A stretch of DNA of 55,048 nt, taken from contig NW_021833825.1 in assembly GCF_006345805.1 (NCBI RefSeq), forward strand, positions 1 to 55,048, read 5' to 3'. The notes under the pieces were generated by a model. That model worked only from the letters and a program-made list of their open reading frames with translations, did no database searches and was not told the DNA's origin. Source of the stretch: Octopus sinensis (taxonomy: Eukaryota). This document shows, in pieces, positions 52,703 to 55,048 of this stretch. Each line of letters starts with the position of its first letter. Within the stretch, counting starts at the first letter, position 1. Made by a program: the position numbers and the translations under genes.

Positions 52703-53204
52703 GGTGCGATTACTCAATAGGTAGATATGATTTGAGAAATACCATACAACATAACTTCTTGAGGCATTAGAATTATTTCCGCCCAACATAGTCACAGCCT
52801 TAGGACTGAAACGCATAAAAGACTAAAAGAATTTAGAGGATATTTCATAACTGCTTCAATTTTTAGTAGTAGGCCAGCAATTTCGTGGAAGAGGTAAATC
52901 GATTGCATTGACTCCAGTGGTCAACTGGTGTTTATTTCATCGACTAGAAAAAGGAGGAAAAGCAAAATCGGCATCGGCGATATTTGAACTCAGAACCCAA
53001 AGAGGGGCGAGATGCCGCTAGGCATTTTGCCCGGCATTTTAACAATTCTAACAACTTACCACCTTCGTGGAATATCATAATTAACAAATAGCAAAGAAGC
53101 GGATATATCTATAGTAAACCAAGAATCTCAGTTGTATATTTTGTCATATTCTTGTATTTGCCCCTTATGTCATTATCGTTTAGATATGATTGACATGATT
53201 GAAG

Positions 53205-53520
53205 TTGCATGACTCAGTAGTTACAACGCCGGGATCACAATCCTGAGGTAGTGAATTCGATTCCTGGGCCGGGCTGCTGTATGTTGTGTTCTTGACCAAG
53301 ACACTCTATTTCGCGTTGATCCAGTTCACTCCGCTGTAGAAATGTGTTACGACGCCACTGTTGTATCGGACTTTACCGTATAACATCGGTCGCGTGGAGA
53401 GAAGAGGCTGTTATGCTTAGGGGACAGCTAGCCTTACATAAACAACCTTGCCCGGACTTGTACCTTGAAGGAGAACTTTCTAGGTGTAATTTCATTTTCA
53501 TTCATGAACGAAGGGGACCC
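53205..53520 (+). mobile_element. Old diverged CORE-type tRNA SINE
   Basis: Degenerate A/B boxes, then ttgtgttcttgaccaagacact; similar remnants at ~30815 and ~35750. Confidence 0.55.
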
Positions 53521-53695
53521 TTTTTTGTATGATTTACATGATTACCAATAACAGAACCGATTTTCAATCTGACTTAACTCTTTCGGGGTTGATTTCACCC
53601 TCTTTCACCACACCGGTTTAATTTCATCTCACGTACACACAGGGAACTAGCAAAGTGCTGCTGCAAAGAACATCAAACGAAATTTTTTGCATATA

Positions 53696-54110
53696 TAGGC
53701 GCAGGGGAGGCTGTGTGGTAAGTAGCTTGCTTACCAACCACATGGTTCCGGGTTCAGTCCCACTGCGTGGCACCTTGGGCACGTGTCTTCTACTATAGCC
53801 TCGGGCCGACCAAAGCCTTGTGAGTGGATTTGGTAGACGGAAACTGAAAGAAGTCCGTCGTATATATGTATATATATATGTATGTGTGTGTGTATATATG
53901 TTTTATTTGTCTGTGTTTGTCCCCCTAACATCTCTTGACAACCGATGCTGGTGTGTTTACGTCCCCGTAACTTAGCGGTTCGGCAAAAGAGACCGATAGA
54001 ATAAGTACTAGGCTTACAATGAATAAATCTTGGGGTTAATTTTCTCAACTAAAGGCGGTGCTCCAGCATGGCCACAGTCAAATGACTGAAACAAATAAAA
54101 GAGTAAAAGA
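53696..54110 (+). mobile_element. SINE family A
   Basis: Full-length copy. Confidence 0.9.
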
Positions 54111-55048
54111 CTATTAGTAAAAGAATATTAGTAGAAGAATAACGCAATAGTATAATAATAGTATAATAATAATAGTATAATGATAATAGAACAATAGTAG
54201 ATTATTAGTAGAAAAATAACGCAAGAATATTTCGCCAGGAATAAGCAAAGTCTCCATTACATAGCTAACTTCTTTTAATCTTTTATTTTTTACTTGTTTA
54301 TGTCATTGGATTGCGACCATGCTGGAGTGCGGCCTTGAAGTGTTTAGTCGAACAAATTGACACCGGTTCTTACTTTTACTTTAAAATCTGGTACTTACTG
54401 TATTGGTCCTTCTGCCGAACCTATCACTATAATGCAGGGACGTAGATAAATCAACGTTGGATACGTGTGTAGGGATGCAGTTTAAAGTTTCCTCACAGTT
54501 TCCGTCTAACAAATTCGCAAGGCACGAAATACATTTGGAAACAAGTAATAAGCAATAATAACAAAATACCTGTTGTACGAGAGAGCGATGGGGGAGAGCG
54601 AGAGCGAGAGGGGGAGAGAGAGAGCTAAAGAAAGGGGTGAAAGAGAGAGAGACAGAGAAACAGAGAGACAGATAGACACGGAAAAAGAGAGACAGACAGA
54701 CAGACAGACAGAGAAACAGAGAGACAGGCCTTGAACACGAAATCTACAGACCATCACGGACCAAGCAATACAATTCGTCTCAAAATTTCGCCTTTCAAAC
54801 ATCCTGTAGTTATCCACTACGGTTTACCTTCCCACCCTGCTCCTCTGCTCGATTCTTCTTCTTCTTCTTCTTCTTCTTCTTCTTCTCTTCTTCTTCTTCT
54901 TCTTCTTCTTCTTCTTCTTCTTCTTCTTCTTCTTCTTCTTCTTCTTCCTTTTAAATGCCTTACATGGAATTTACGAAAACACACTAATGTGAAACTACCT
55001 CAGAGATAAGAGCCTGTCATTGCTATACTATTTGTAAGGTATGTCTGT

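Overview
AT-rich, microsatellite-saturated animal genomic DNA. The tRNA-derived SINE families and repeat landscape suggest an octopus (coleoid cephalopod); this is inferred, not confirmed. Almost all listed ORFs are microsatellite artefacts. Main content: (1) A ~3.7 kb decayed Maverick/Polinton (adintovirus-type) endogenous virus at ~13.1-16.9 kb: rve integrase and a Zn-ribbon/parvovirus-type phospholipase A2 gene on the minus strand; an A32/FtsK packaging ATPase, a penton-like minor capsid gene (two SINE insertions) and a protein with a VEGG|F protease site plus amphipathic helix on the plus strand. (2) Several hammerhead-ribozyme-bearing, Penelope-like terminal fragments, many as fold-back palindromes, including a ~470 bp mirror cassette at 39.7-40.1 kb with one intact and one G5A-mutated type I hammerhead. 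(3) A likely host exon encoding a signal peptide at 27.5 kb, with a possible downstream exon at 32.2 kb. (4) 5'-truncated CR1/L2-group, RTE and R4/Dong LINEs, three SINE families (some as tandem multimers), Helitron, hAT-, MULE- and Tc1-like remnants, and an ~870 bp near-identical tandem duplication. Coordinates were read by eye and may be off by a few bases; no searches were run.
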